From the NCBI RefSeq assembly GCF_000315625.1, contig NW_005434650.1, positions 130,736 to 194,735 on the forward strand: DNA of 64,000 nt, in the 5' to 3' direction. Made by a program: the position numbers and the translations under genes. Positions 37,496-50,716 of the stretch are shown one piece after another. Origin of the DNA: Guillardia theta CCMP2712. Lineage: Eukaryota > Protista > Cryptophyta. Numbering within the stretch: the first letter of the stretch is position 1; every line of letters begins with the position of its first letter. The notes under the pieces are model-generated. The model saw only the letters and a program-made list of their open reading frames with translations. It made no database searches and was not told the origin of the DNA.

Positions 37496-40400
37496 TCAGT
37501 GCGAGCGGTTGACTGAGGCAGCAACAACCTGAGGATCGCCGACTTCTCTTCCTCTCTTGGCAGCGGATCTGCGACACGCGTCAGTCTTGTTGTGCTCGTG
37601 ACGAGCATGGCAACCCGGGTTGATGCTCCTGCTGCTGCTGCTGTCGGCCGGCTCCGGCGGTCTCCCTTGCTCGGGCATCTTGTCGCCAGGATAGTCTCTG
37701 AACCACGTCTCTGGAGAAATCTGAGCAGCTGTCAGCTGTGCGGCCCGATGCTGCCTCTCACCTGCGCTCGGAGGTTGGAAGCCAGTCGGTTACTGTGATC
37801 GAGACGGTCTTGGAGGACAGCAACCTGCGGCAGAGGTCAGCTCGACCCTCATCGCACTGCCTTCACGTGGCATCTGTGCTTCTCCTTCTCTGCCAGCAGC
37901 TCGTGTGCGAGGCTGCGGCTTGTGTCTTCCAGCTGGAAACATCTCTTCTCCGTGCCTGAGGCCAGGGTGACATTCTGGGAGGGGAGGGAGGACTCACTTG
38001 TCAGGTTCTCCTTGGCGGCGGTCAAGGCCTTCTGAAGGGCGGAGATGCGGGCTCGAAGCGCTCTGATCAAGACAGCGTTGCCCTCCCACTTGCTCTCCTC
38101 CACGTCCATGGCGAGAGGCTGTTGATCTCTGGGGAACAGGTCAGTGAGGAGAAGCGCTGCGAGGAAAGGATACCTCGGGTCCTTGTCGTGCCCATCCTCG
38201 CTGTGTGGTGCGGAGTCATTGAAGGGAAGGAAAGCTCGAGGGCTCCAGGGCTGCGGGGGGGGGAAGTCTTCAACAGGCTGCCGGATGAGTCTATTGCTCC
38301 TCCTCTGCTGGGGCACTCTCGGCCCCTCCTGCGCCTCCGAACTCAAGGCCTCCAGGGTCTCAGGGACCTGCGGGTTGATGGAGCCCGAGACAATCTCTGC
38401 AGGCACAAGGTGAGAACGAGCTGAGGTCCGGCCTCCTCCTTCACAGCACCTGCGAGTGAGCTCTGGAGCTTGATGCGCATCCCTTCCATATCGTGAGACT
38501 CAATTTCTTCCTGCCTCTGGTTCGTCAACTCCTCCACTTCCTCCTCTTCCTTCTCCTCCTCCTCGGCAAACTTGACGCACCTTGAGGGTCTTTCTGGCCT
38601 GATGCTGCGACTTCTCCCACGTCTCTTTCTCAGCCATCAGCTCCTGCAGCTTTGCCTGCCAGAGATTCAGACCAGAGGAAAGCAGAGGAGGAGCTGCAGG
38701 GAGAGAAGGAGGAGGGGAAGGAGGAGGAGCTGCACGAAAGGATGGAGGACCTCGGTCGAGGACGAGCGGCTGGTGACGGCTGCGAGCTCCTCCTCGAGTT
38801 TCTCCTTGTCAACTTTCTGCCAGCGATTTCAACTCGTTGCGAGATGACAAGCCACTCACGAGCTGGCGGTACAGCTGGGAAAACTCCTCGACGTCGCTCG
38901 TTAGCTTCTCGTTGGCCTTGACCAACTCGTCCAGCTCTGCCGCTTGACTGTGAGGAGAAGGAGCAGGGAAAGAGAAAGAGCGGGGGGAGGAGAGCGGGGG
39001 AGAAGGGAGGTACCGAACTCTCGTTGGAGGGCGAGCTCATGCAGGGTGAGCTCTTCCTTCCACTGCTGCACCATGCTCTCGTAGCTGCTGGTGACATGTT
39101 GGAGCTGAAGATGGCTATGAGAAGGAGCAATGAAAGGGACGCGAAAGAGAGGGAGGAAAGAAGGGAGAGGAGCAGGGTGAACCTGGTCACTTAAAAGAGC
39201 TTCAGCTCGTTTCAGGTCGGCGACTTCTTTTCTCATCTCATGCTTCAGACCTCGAATGATCAACTTGCTGCTCGTCATCTTGGAGGGAAGTCATTTTGAA
39301 GGAAAGAGACGACAAGAAAATCACGACAAGACAGCGTCAAGGCGACGACCTGAGAATCAAGAGTCGTCGTCGATTCTAGAACTTTCTCTTTCATCTCCGA
39401 TAGCAGCACATCGAAATTCTCGACGAATCTGTTGTCTTCCACCCGTTGATGTTCGATGAAGTTGAGACAGAAGGAGAGCCTGTCTTCAAACTCTTGTATC
39501 TTCCTCGCTATATCCTCTTCGTCCATGGGCTGGCCCCTCGGTGCTACCTCTCCTCCTCCTCTCCTCTTCTCTCCCTCCCCACCCAGCAGTTGGACTGACG
39601 TATCTTCCTCACTTGAAATGTCTTCACGCTTCGGGTTTGCGTCCATTTCCGACGAGGGAGAGGAGGAGTATCGAGCAGAGAAGCACAGGCTGGTGCTCTT
39701 TCCATTGCCTCCCGTAACTACCGTCCCGTCCAAGTCGCGCACGACGTGCCAAGTCTGCGCGGGGGTGAGCCGAGCAGGGGCAGGCCGAGGTGACCTGGTC
39801 GAGCTGAGCCCCAGGAGCGAGACTGATGAGCACTTGACCTACGCAGCCGAACTCGCTGTTGATGACGGAGAGGAGGAGAGTGACCTGAGAGTCAAGGTGA
39901 GAGAGGAGTAGGGAGGGGAACTTGGGGAGGTAGGAGAGAGAGCCAGGAAAAGAGAAGGAGGATAGAGAAGATAACGGGTTATGAGGAGGAAGGAAAAGGT
40001 GGATAAGGAAGGGGAGAACAGGGGAGGGGGCATGGCAGTACCTCTCTACCGTCAAGCGGGAAGGGTTTCTCAAACGGCTCATTGCAAACGTCGGTGACGG
40101 TCAGGGTCTCGTTGAATTCAACGTGATCGAGAGATGACCGAACCTGCAAAGGGAAACGTAAGAAGATGACGGGAGAATGTAGAGGCTACCGAGAGACTAT
40201 AGGGACATAAAGATATAGAGGCTATAGAGATATAGAGGCTATAGAGATATAGAGGCTATAGATAGAGGCTATAGATAGAGGCTATAGAGACTGTAGATAC
40301 TACGTTCGTTTGATCAGTCAATCCAGATAGAGACGTTCAGGGCGTGACAAACACAGATACATACATACAACGCGATCAATCTTCATCAAGAGCGGGGGAT

Positions 40401-41805
40401 GAAGGTATCACAGACCTTCTTGGTAGTCAGCTGAGGGCGAACGTCGTAGATGACTTGCTCAGACTCGAGAGAGACCCCGTGAGGAGAAGATCGACCTGCC
40501 ATGTTGTGGTCATCACTCTGAGGGGGGAGCAGGCGACTCAAAAACCTCTGGAGGGCAGCGTATGTCTTAGCGAGACGTCACGGGAATGGCGGATGGTGTG
40601 AGAGGACAGGACGCTGACGGCACAACAAACTTCTCCCTAGGAGGCATCAAGTGAGCTCATGGCATCAGCTTCACTCCCTTGCACTCACTGGCTTCACAAG
40701 CTTGCAGGGTCGGTTGCGAACTCCGACGATGGACAAGGAGATGGCCCAAGGGACGACAGCCGGAGGGACCGACGCCTGCAGCCACATGAGCCCTCACACC
40801 ATCAACGAGCCGCAGGATCACCGGAGGATGACTAGTCGCTCGCTGACCTGCTTGCGCTCCTTCAGCCTCCATGCCATGAGAGTCTCTCCTGGTCTCTCTG
40901 CCGCACCAAGTTCAACCTCACACGCGACCCTCTCACACCCTCCCCTCCGACCTCAGCACATCGCCGAAGGACTCCAGGCGATCCCTGAGAGAGTCTAGCT
41001 GCTCGAACATGACGAGAATCTGCTAAGGATGAGGGCAAATAAAGAGGCGTCGCTGCCCGTGACCTGCTTCTTGTCTCGAGCACAGGACCTGGTTGTGCGG
41101 CTGACTTGGCCCAAAGTCTCTTCAATAACCTGACAAAGAGCGAGGGTGAGTAGTGAAGGAGCAAGAGAAGCTCACCTGCTCTGACGACGAGATCCGAGTC
41201 TCAACATCAGCGAAGAAGGACAGCTGTACATCATCTCTCAACTCTCTCCCTCCTCGTTATGCCACACCATCACCTTCGTCTCCAAGAACTCGACTTGCCT
41301 CGCAAGCTCTTGGTTCTTCTCCTCCGCTACTCTCAGCTGCATCAGACCGTAAGTCTCAATGACTGTCTCCTCATGTCATCACCGAAGCTGCGAGCGAGTC
41401 AAGCTCCTCCCGATCATCGTTGACGAGAGCTGCGTACTCACAAACGTTCCCCTCTTTCACCTTGAGCAAACATTGAGACATGTCGGATGCCAGCACATCT
41501 AGCCCTTGCTCAAGACTCGCCATGCCCAGAGCTAGCTGCACCTCTTCCTCTTCGTTCCTTGCGGCATGTCGCAGCTTTGACTCGAGCATGGCCAGCCCCT
41601 TGGCTGTCCTTCGAATGAGTGCATGGCCATTGGGGTCTTCGGCATCGAGGTAGTCAAGAACGAACTCGAGATGATCGATCGGATCTGCGGGGGTTCCATG
41701 CTCTGGCAGCTGATGGCACATGAGGAGACGACGAGACGCTCTCGCTGCCAGCGCTTCCAGTTGCTGCCATGAGCGCCCCCGCCCACCTGCCGCCGCCCCC
41801 GACAT
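37496..41805 (-). CDS. Multi-exon hypothetical coiled-coil protein(s); may be one or two genes
   Basis: Charged heptad-rich exon fragments (EDIARKIQEFEDRLSF, KHEMRKEVADLKRAE, ALRARISALQKALTAAKEN, ELLAEKEKHR) flanked by GT-AG sites. No family recognised. Confidence 0.45.
40190..40290. repeat. AGAGGCTAT(AG)AGAT-type imperfect tandem repeat
   Basis: Direct reading of the sequence. Confidence 0.85.
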
Positions 41806-42372
41806 GGATTGACAACACTCGCATATAAGTAATATATAATTGTACCAATAATTAGTTTACTGTTGTTTTTCGAAACTATAAACAGTAATAATATAAAAAT
41901 ATATTTAGTACCAAGTAGTAGTGGAAAAAGTTTTATTCTCAAAGGGTTTTGATGGCGTTCATGCCGCGAGACGTAGTGGAGCAAGGGAATGGAAAGCCAT
42001 GGCAGGGAAGGGGAATCGAAGAAATGGAAGGAAAGGAAGGAAAGGGCAGGATAAGAAGACAATGTAGCGAGAGGAGGGAGCAAGGAATGAGGGAGGGAAC
42101 GAGAGAGGGAAGAGAGGAGCCCTGGAGCACGGCAACTTGGGATAGAAATGGATTGCGAGGAGCTTGTTTGGGAGCCATGCAAGAAGGATTGTCAAGATGA
42201 GTATGCGTTAGAGACAGCCATGCAATCCATGGGGTGTAGCTTAACAGGCCATGTCAATGAGTTTGAAATTGACCTAGGAGAAGTTGTCTTTGCAGAACTT
42301 TGTGATTTGTTCATGTCAACTCTTTCCACGATGAAGAACTGATGATCCACGTCTGATCTTGCAGATCTTCGG

Positions 42373-43216
42373 AATGTTCATCACGGCAAACATAGAGGTG
42401 CAGCGTCGACAACTCGCGTTACTAGCCGGAGCGTTCTTCGGGGTGGGTTGGTTGGTATTCATCGATTCCCTGCTTCAGTTCAACCGCTGCTGGGATCAGC
42501 TGGACTACGGGGACCCCTGCAGCTGGGGACCTGCTCCTCTCAACGCGACTTCCAAGTATGTGCACACGCCTGACTCGCCCCCGCCCTCCTTCAACCCGTT
42601 TCCCCCCTGGCCAGGAGGCGGAGGGCAACCCACCACTACCCCGGAGCCCGTCACGCACAAGGGCTGGTCGGGGCTGGACGGCAAGTACAAGCTCGTCTAC
42701 ATCCCCGGGGTAGCCTGCTGCCTTGCTCTACCGCCATCCTCACGCCCCGCAGATCATCGCCCTCGTCTCCCTCTTCTTCGTCAACACCGTCAACGTGCGG
42801 GACCTCAGTGAAGACACGACGGAGGTAGCTGAAGGCGCTTCCCCCGTCGCCCTCAAGGTCCGTCCCTGTCAGCTCGACCTGCTCTCACACTCTCTCCCTC
42901 CTCCGCAGGTGTGGCTCTTCACCGGGATGATCATCGGCTTCACCTCCATCGCCCTCTCCATCTGGGTATACGCCGACCTCTTCTCTCGCAGCCCCAACAT
43001 CCAAGACGACCCGGTCTGACTCTCCTCTCCTCCCTCGCGACTCCTCCTGACAGCCGCAGGCCCTTGCTGCCATGATCCAGACCATCTTCATCGCCATCGC
43101 CTCCTACGTCTTCTTCATCGCTCGTTCCATCGGTAACTCGTCATGCTCTGCTTCTAGCCTCACACTGGCTTGACACAGGCGGGCACGAGCTCTGGGGAAC
43201 AGACCCCCTGCTGTAA
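42373..43216 (+). CDS. Vps68/TMEM50 (UPF0220) family membrane protein
   Basis: LAGAFFGVGWLVFIDS, YIPG|IIALVSLFFVNTVNVRDL, K|VWLFTGMIIGFTSIALSIWV, ALAAMIQTIFIAIASYVFF. An upstream exon is possible. Confidence 0.8.
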
Positions 43217-43287
43217 GGCTACCAGGAGAGCGAGCGGGAGCAGGAGGAACTAACTTACTGTACAATAGAGACAAACAAAAGCGTCTG

Positions 43288-45925
43288 CTATCCTCTCTTC
43301 CTGCTCCACTTGTCTTCCATTGGCGGGATCTCCAACTTCACCCCGAGCGCCTGTCGCATGCTCATCGCAAGAAGCAGCAGCAGAGGGTTGCGACCTTGAG
43401 AGCAATCGACTTGTTCGCCCATCGCTCCATGTACCTGCTCCTCCTGTTACACCAGCAGCCACACGCTCCTGCAACCTCTTCCAGATGAGCCGCTTGCACT
43501 CCCAGTCCTTCCCCGCACCGTCAGCAGCTAGCAGGGCAAGAGAAGCAGCGTCACCTTGGCGAGCTTCAGCGCTGTCATGCCGGTCATGTCCTTGACGGTG
43601 AAGTCAGCTTCGAACGTGACCCCAAGGTTGGGGTCGCGACATCGCGTGTAGAGAAGCGTCTGCTGGCTGCATCAGCTCGAGAGGCTTGCGGACAAGATGA
43701 TTTCCTCCAGCGCGCTGCTCGCCCCCACCATGGCAGCGATGTGAACGGGAGTGCGAAAGTAACTATCCTTGAAGTTGGAGTCTGCGAAGCTGGGGAGATG
43801 AGGGAGAGGAGAAGGAGAGGAGAGGGAAAGGAGAGGGAGAGGAGAGGAGAGGGGGAGGAGAGGAGAGGGAGAGGAGAGGAGAGGGAGAGGAGAGGAGAGG
43901 GAGAGGAGAGGAGAGGGAGAGGAGAGGAGAGGAGAGGGAGAGGAATCAATTGAGTCGAGTTCAGCAGAAAAGATACTTTTCGATCAGGAGCTTGCAGCAG
44001 GGAGCTGAGCCAGCCTTCGCAGCGTAGTGGAGAGGAGTCTGATCTCCATCCACCTGATTTCGGTTGAGAAGCGTGCGAGGATAAGTCAAGGGTGAGGAAA
44101 CGGAGCTATCTAGCTTCACCTCTCCATATGCAGCGATTTTCTTGTTCACCACTAGCTGATTCCTGTCAGGCAGGGAGGGAGGGCTCTGTCAGACTCAGGC
44201 AAATCCGAACAAGGATGAAAGGTGGATCAAAGAAGGATGAAAGAAGGATCAAAGAAGGATCAAAGAAGGATCAAAGAAGGATCAAAGAAGGATCAAAGAA
44301 GGATGAAAGAAGGATGAAAGAAGGATCAAAGAAGGATCAAAGAAGGATCAAAGAAGGATGAAAGAAGGATGAAAGAAGGATGAAAGAAGGATCAAAGAAG
44401 GATCAAAGAAGGATCAAAGAAGGATCAAAGAAGGATCAAAGAAGGATCAAAGAAGGATCGCTGCAAGTACTTTGAGTCCATTGAGATGTCCTGACTCGGC
44501 GTGCTGAAGTTGGGGTTCGCTCCAGCCTTGAGCAGTACCAACACGCCCTGCTCGATCCCCGCCAGAGCCGCGCAGTGCAGAGCTGTCTCTCCTGCCCGCG
44601 ACATTCTTTGCACGTCAGCGCTGTACATAAGGAGGGATTCGATGATGTCGCTGTGGCCAGCCTTGGCCGCGAGGAGGAGTGCGCTGTTCCCTGACCCAGT
44701 CTTCATCTCCACGTCCGCCGGCTCTTCGTCGTTGGTCCCGCTCAGGAGGACGCGCAGGAGCTTGAGGTTTCCGTCCATGCAGCAGAACAGCAGTGGCTCC
44801 GTATCCCACGTGCACACACAGTCGTCGCCAGTGGTGTAGAGAGTCTTGTCGTGAAGCTGCAAGCACGTGATCACGCTCGAGTGGCCCCCCAGCACTCGCT
44901 CCCTCTGCCCGGTCTTGACGTTGAATTGCACCGACACCATGCCCGTCCCCGCGTACACCCGTCCGTCCTCCCCCCACAGCGCCTTCACAGCTCCAGTATG
45001 GCACGTGAAAGAGCGAATGCCCTCCCCACTCTCCGAGTCGCAATGCAGGATTGTTGATCCTGCCCCCACAAACAGTTGCCCGTCGGTCTGCACGAACATG
45101 GCGTAGAGCGGCTGTGTGTCGAAGCGGAGGACGCGCTTGCAGGAGCCTGTCTGAGGCTCCCAGACCCTCACGGTCTTGTCGGCAGAGCAGGTGAACAACT
45201 CGGCAGGAAGCTCGACGAGCTCGTGGATGGAAGCTTTCTCAGACTTCTTTCTGAGCTGCATGCCTGTGATGTTGTCCTTGTGGTCGTGCGAGTCCCATGC
45301 CATCTCGCCATCTTTGATTCGCCATGCTCTCAGCACCTTGTCTGACGTGACCGTGAAGAACAGATGCTCGCATACCTCCACCAGCAGCACTATCCCTGCC
45401 CGAAACCTCGGGTTCTCATCGCCATACTCCAGCTCGTACTCTTTCACACACTGCCCCGTCGCCACGTCCCATCGCCGGACTGTCCCATCGTAAGATCCCG
45501 TGTACATGAACCATCGGCTGTGTCCCTTGATCCCCTTGGCCTCCTCGGCCTCCTCCGTCTCAACCGCTACCCTGAGGGAGAACACGAATGACCTGTGCCC
45601 TCGATATACAAACAGACACTCTCCCGTTTCAGCATTGAAGCATCGAGCCGTGTGATCGTATCCTCCTGTGAAGATGTATGTAGTCTTGAGGTTCTCTCCC
45701 TATCACCATCCATGCCTATCACAACAGGATCCCGCACAAGCTGCCATCTTACCGCATCAGTGGCGTCGTCAATCACTTGCATACAGTTGATGCTGTTGAC
45801 ATGCCCGCGGTACCGTGCGACCTGTACTCGACTACAGTAAGCCAACATGCTCCCCTCCTCCCTCCCCTCCCACCTCCTCTCCCCTCCATCCATCTTCTTA
45901 CGTTGCTTTCGCTCGGTCCCGACAT
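43288..45925 (-). CDS. WD40-repeat plus ankyrin-repeat protein
   Basis: WD40 segments YRGHVNSINCM, YTGSYDGTVRRWD, FTCSADKTVRVWE, GGHSSVITCL. Ankyrin segments GNSALLLAAKAGHSDII, GETALHCAALAG, DQTPLHYAAKAGS. 3' end approximate. Confidence 0.85.
43795..43945. repeat. (GGAGA)n purine-rich repeat, intronic
   Basis: Direct reading of the sequence. Confidence 0.85.
44212..44459. repeat. 11-bp tandem repeat (AAAGAAGGATC/G)n, intronic
   Basis: About 22 head-to-tail copies with C/G variation at the last base; no spacers. Confidence 0.93.
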
Positions 45926-46222
45926 GGTCTCATCTCAGCATCTCAACTACCCACCCGTGAATCACCCACCTTTTGGGTATACTACACTACCCCCATGTTT
46001 CCCATGTAGTACCCCTGGTCTTCAAGTAGTAAACTTTCACTACCCGTCCTCGCCCGCTACGCCTCCCCACCCACCCCAACCCCACAAAAACTTGCCTGCT
46101 CCTCGTTGTTCCCCTTCCTCCGAGCTTCGCACTCCTCCTCCCCCCTTCCCCCTCCCTCCCCCCTCGCTCGCTCATCCTCTTCCTACTCTTCCCATCTCCC
46201 GCGACTCCGACGACAGCTGACC

Positions 46223-49182
46223 ATGGCACTCCGTCATCCAGCTCCCGCCTCCTCCCTCGACGCCTCCTTCCTCAGCCGGATCGCTTCCCTCAAGTTGCAT
46301 GACCTCCGTCTGTCGCTCCGTCCGCTCCCCTTCACTGCCTCCTTCTGCCTCCCTCATCGAGTCCCTCAAGGATCTTCTTCCTCTCCGTCCCAGCCGTCAC
46401 AAGAGCGACTGGTCGTGGCTGCCGACGCGCTCGACTTGGACGCGTCAGCAATCAAGAGGGCAGTTCTGACGACAGGCGAGGTAACTATCTTCAACACGAT
46501 CGAGAGTTTCAAGGAGTTGGACAAGAAGCAGTTCTTGCACAACATCGCAACGGAGATGTGCAGGCAGATCGACTCAGGTGACTTGCCTGAAGAGACCTTG
46601 TGAGCTGTCGCCATGACTGAAGTTTGTGCTCAGGGGAAGTCGAGGAGAACCCCTCGCTCCTGGTTCGCTGCGACGTCATTGTCTTCTCGGACCTGAAGGA
46701 CTACAAGCACTACTACTGGTTCGCCTTCCCTGCCCTCTGCTTCCCGGACCCTCCCACCTTGTCGGACAGCATTCTGAGCATGGAGGACGTCATGAGTTCG
46801 GACATGATCCACCAGCTGCATATCGGCTACAATGGGTTGCTGGAAAGCAGCGGGAATGGTATCCCCCCGTTCTTCATCGTCGTTGAAGACAAGGACGCAA
46901 ACACTGTGTCGGTGAAGCCTCTCAGCCATTATCCCGCTTGCGCTCAGAGCGGCAAACAAGTCCTCTTCGGCTTTGTCGATCACTCGCCACTACAGTCGAA
47001 CCCTGGCTGGCCTCTACGTAACTCTGCGATGCCACGGTTCCTCGCCCTTGACTCATAGGCGCGTGCAGGAAACCTCCTTTACTTCCTCAACCGCCGCTGG
47101 AGTCTGAGCGATGTGACTGTCCTGTGCTATCGCGACTTCTCCGAGAACATGCAGAGGGAGGTGGAACATGTGCACTCTTGCTGGTCGGGCCCTTGACGCA
47201 CTGGCAGGCGTGCTCCAGCATTGTGTTGAGAGTCAAGCTGAGTGGCATTCTCGACAAGGCCGGAGAGCCGATAGTGACAGGGTGAAAGAGACTCTCTCGT
47301 CGTTGAAGCGATGTGAAGTGACAGTGACTGGCCGGCTGCTCAATCAGGTGGGAGCTCAACCAGAAAGGCAAACTCGGGCCACGGTGTGCAGATTTAGCTC
47401 CTTTCATGGATCCGAAGCGAAGGTAGGATATGGTTCCTTTGGCTCCTCTTTGAGAGGTCCGTCCAGGGCAATCGAGTCAGCAGACCTGAACCTGAAGCTG
47501 ATGCGATGGCGGTTCTTGCCAAATCTCGACACTGAGAGCTTGAGTCATGTAATAATGATAATGAGGAAGAGAGGAGGGAGGAGAGGAGAGGGAGGAGGCG
47601 GAGATTTCAAGGGAGGCAGGCTAGAAGGAGAGGGTGGTTGTTCCATCTGGTGAGACACTTTCAGAAACGCTGCCTCCTCCTCGGCGCAGGCACGCTTGGT
47701 TGTAACGTGGCACGATCTTTGACATCTTGGGGTTTCCGAAAGATCACATTCGTTGACTATGGGAAGGTGAGAGGAGAGGCTGAAGGAACAGGTTTCACAA
47801 TACTTTTCTTCAGGTGTCCTACAGCAATCCAACTCGTCAGTGGCTCTTCGAATTTGAGGACTGTGTAGATCCCGATAACCGCAATGAGGGACGACCCAAA
47901 GCAAAGGTTCCTCCTCCCTCAGTCTCCTCCTCTCCTGCTTGCCCAGCCTCTCCTAGCGCCTCCCTGTGTCTTGTGTCTCGCTGACGTGAGCTCTCACTCT
48001 CTCGCTCTGACGTGAGCTTGCAGGCTGCGGCTGATCGCCTGTCAAGGATCGTACCGAACATGGAGGTTTTCGGTCTGGTGGAGGAGCAGTGAGTCACGAA
48101 AAGTCTGCAGGCTGAAGGATTCGAGCTCAGCATCCCCATGCCTGGACACCCAGTCGCCGAGGAACTGCAGGGCAAGGTGCTCGCAGATGTCGCAAAGCTC
48201 GCCGATCTCATCCAGCACGCTGATCTGATCTTCCTCCTCACCGACACTCGCGAGAGCCGCTGGCTCCCCACGCTCCTCTGCGCATGCAAATCGAAGGTGA
48301 GCGCTGCTGGGCCTCTGGTGGGACGTGCCCCCTCTCATTCTTGTGCTCGCAGCCCTGCATCAACGTCGCTCTTGGCTTCGACACGTTTGTCGTAATGCGA
48401 CATGGAGTTCCTGACCCTGCAAACGCCACCGACCCCCAGCAGATCCCATCCTGTAACCTCGGGTGAAACTCGAACTTGTCTCCCTGCTGCGTCTTCCTCC
48501 TCTTGTTCTCTCTACCCTCCTTCTCTCTTACAGCAACCCAGCTGCTACTTCTGCAACGACGTCGTCGCTCCTATGAACTCGACTCGCAACCGCACATTGG
48601 ACCAGCAGGTGGGATTTTTCTTCGTTTTCTTCGTCGTTCTCATTGTTCTCTAGTGCACCGCGACACGTCCTGGTCTTTCCCCGATCGCCTCGTCTATTGC
48701 CGTTGAGATCGCCGTCTCCCTCCTCCATCATCCCAAAGGCTGCCTGGCTCAAGCAGACACGGAGGTAGAGGAAGCAGCGCTGGCCGGGTTAACAAGTCAT
48801 GGCAGGAGGAGCAAGAGGGGACAGACTTGGGCATCCTCCCGCATCAAATCAGAGGCTTCCTCTCCTCCTTCTCCAACGTCGTCGTGCAAGGCAGGCCCTT
48901 CAAACATTGCACTGCATGCTCAGCTGTGGTGGGAGGAGGGAGGAGGGATGTGTGGGAGTGCGTGACGGCCGGGCAGATTTTGAATCAGTACGCTACGAGA
49001 GGAAACGAGTTTCTGCTCAGGGCTTTCAACGAGCCCAACTTCCTCGAGGTGAGGAGCGTTGGCGCCTTGTGCTCATCTCATGGAGAGAACAGGAGGCGTC
49101 GGGGCTCACGGACATGCTGCGGGAGGGTGAGGCGCTCATGGAGGACTGGGAAGATGACGAGGTAGAAGAGTTAGAGCCGTGA
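46223..49182 (+). CDS. ATG7: Autophagy E1-like enzyme ATG7
   Basis: [116 protein letters not shown]|CTATRPG (catalytic Cys), LPHQIRGFL. Confidence 0.97.
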
Positions 49183-49216
49183 AGTCATCAGCACTAGATG
49201 GTTGTATTGTACTCCT

Positions 49217-50053
49217 TCACTCCCACCAGATTGCCAACCCCAACCCATCATCTTTGATCGACGCCATGACCTGAAACGCTGGCTCGTCCTCCTGCTCCTG
49301 CTCCTGTCCAGTACGAGCAGGGGTATTCTTTCGATCCACAAATCGCTTTCCTGCCTGCTGAACCAGCGTCGGATCGGCGTTGGCGGCTGGAGGGGCCTTG
49401 GACGGCCTCTTGACAGGACGAAAGATTGTGTTGGTCACCCGGAAGCGGACGGGGCTGCCAAAGGCTGGATCCAACATGGCGTCGCCGTGCTCGCTCTTCC
49501 ATACCCACAGCTGGTGCTCTTCATCCCACTCCGAGCCATCCTGGCACCTGACGTGAGGAAACTGGGAAAGCAGACGAGGGAAAGGAGGAAAACATGCAGA
49601 ATCAGGAGGAGGAGCAGCACACACAGAGGAGCACGAGCAGCAGGAAGATGTGGAAAGACACCTGCATGAAGTGCGGCGGCACGAAGATGTCCTGGAAGAA
49701 ACCAAGGCTGATCCACAAGCCTTCTGGGGTGCTCCTGTGAATGCTGCCCGTGATCACTTCGCCGATGAAAGGGCGAAACACAACCAGCCTGTGCACAAGT
49801 CAGGCCGACAGGTCAGGATCCCTAGGAGCCCTCACGAGAAGGTGACGCGGACGTGGACAGCGGAGTCAGAGGGATAGATCAAGCCCTCCCCGAGCTCTTC
49901 GATCTCATACAAGCACACGCACAACCCTGTACCCAAGAGAACCCGGTTGCTGTACTTCTTTTCTATCTGATTGCTCACTGCCAGTGACCGCGGCTTGCTC
50001 AACTCGGATGCCGGGATAGGAACAGCGTCCTTCATCTTGACGAGAACGAACAT
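49217..50053 (-). CDS. POLR3H: RNA polymerase III subunit RPC8/RPC25
   Basis: MFVLVKMKDAVPIPA, KYSNRVLLGTGLCVCLYEI, RLVVFRPFIGEVITG, GLWISLGFFQDIFVP, SIKDDGLGLAIWW. Confidence 0.95.
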
Positions 50054-50716
50054 CTTCTAGTCGATGCTGTCTCGACTCACTCTCTCCGTCTTCTCTTCCT
50101 GTATCAAATTTTCCTTCACTTCATCCCAATCAGCCCCTGCACGTTCTTCAGTGCTCTCCCTCACCCCACACCGCCCTGATCGCTCTCTCCCTCTAGTCCC
50201 TGTTCTCCCCCCCCAACTTTCCCTCAGCTGACCCTCTCTCCCTCCTCCCCCCTCCTCTCTCCCGCCCCCTCCCTCGCCTCCTCCCTTACCTTCATTCCTT
50301 GCGCATGTGCTGTTCTGTACAAGGAACATTCAAAAATCCCTTCCACCACCCGAAAATGCGAAGTTCCTGACACGGAACAAATTGAATTCGAAGATGGAGA
50401 AGCGATTGACGGGGGGGAGGAGGTGATAGAAGGAGAGGGAGAGGAGGGGAGGAGAAGAGATACAGAGTATCGGGAACAACGAGATGAGACAAGACGAGAT
50501 GAGGAGGGGAAAGGTAGCTATGAAGCGGCAACGATATCACATAGAAGCTTTCAAGGAACGGCGGTAGCAGCATTTCTAGGACTGCCAGTAGGTTGAGAGG
50601 GTAAGTAGAGCAGAAGTTTTCAGGCGGATCAGATTCGGGGTAACTAAAGGAAGGATACGTTGGAAGGGATTATTGAAATGACTGCAGGATTGATTCAGTG
50701 GGGCCTCAGTCTCACC

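Noticed and set aside
44212-44459. Regular 11-bp repeats as a CRISPR array
   Set aside because: Head-to-tail minisatellite with no unique spacers, inside a eukaryotic intron, and no cas genes nearby.
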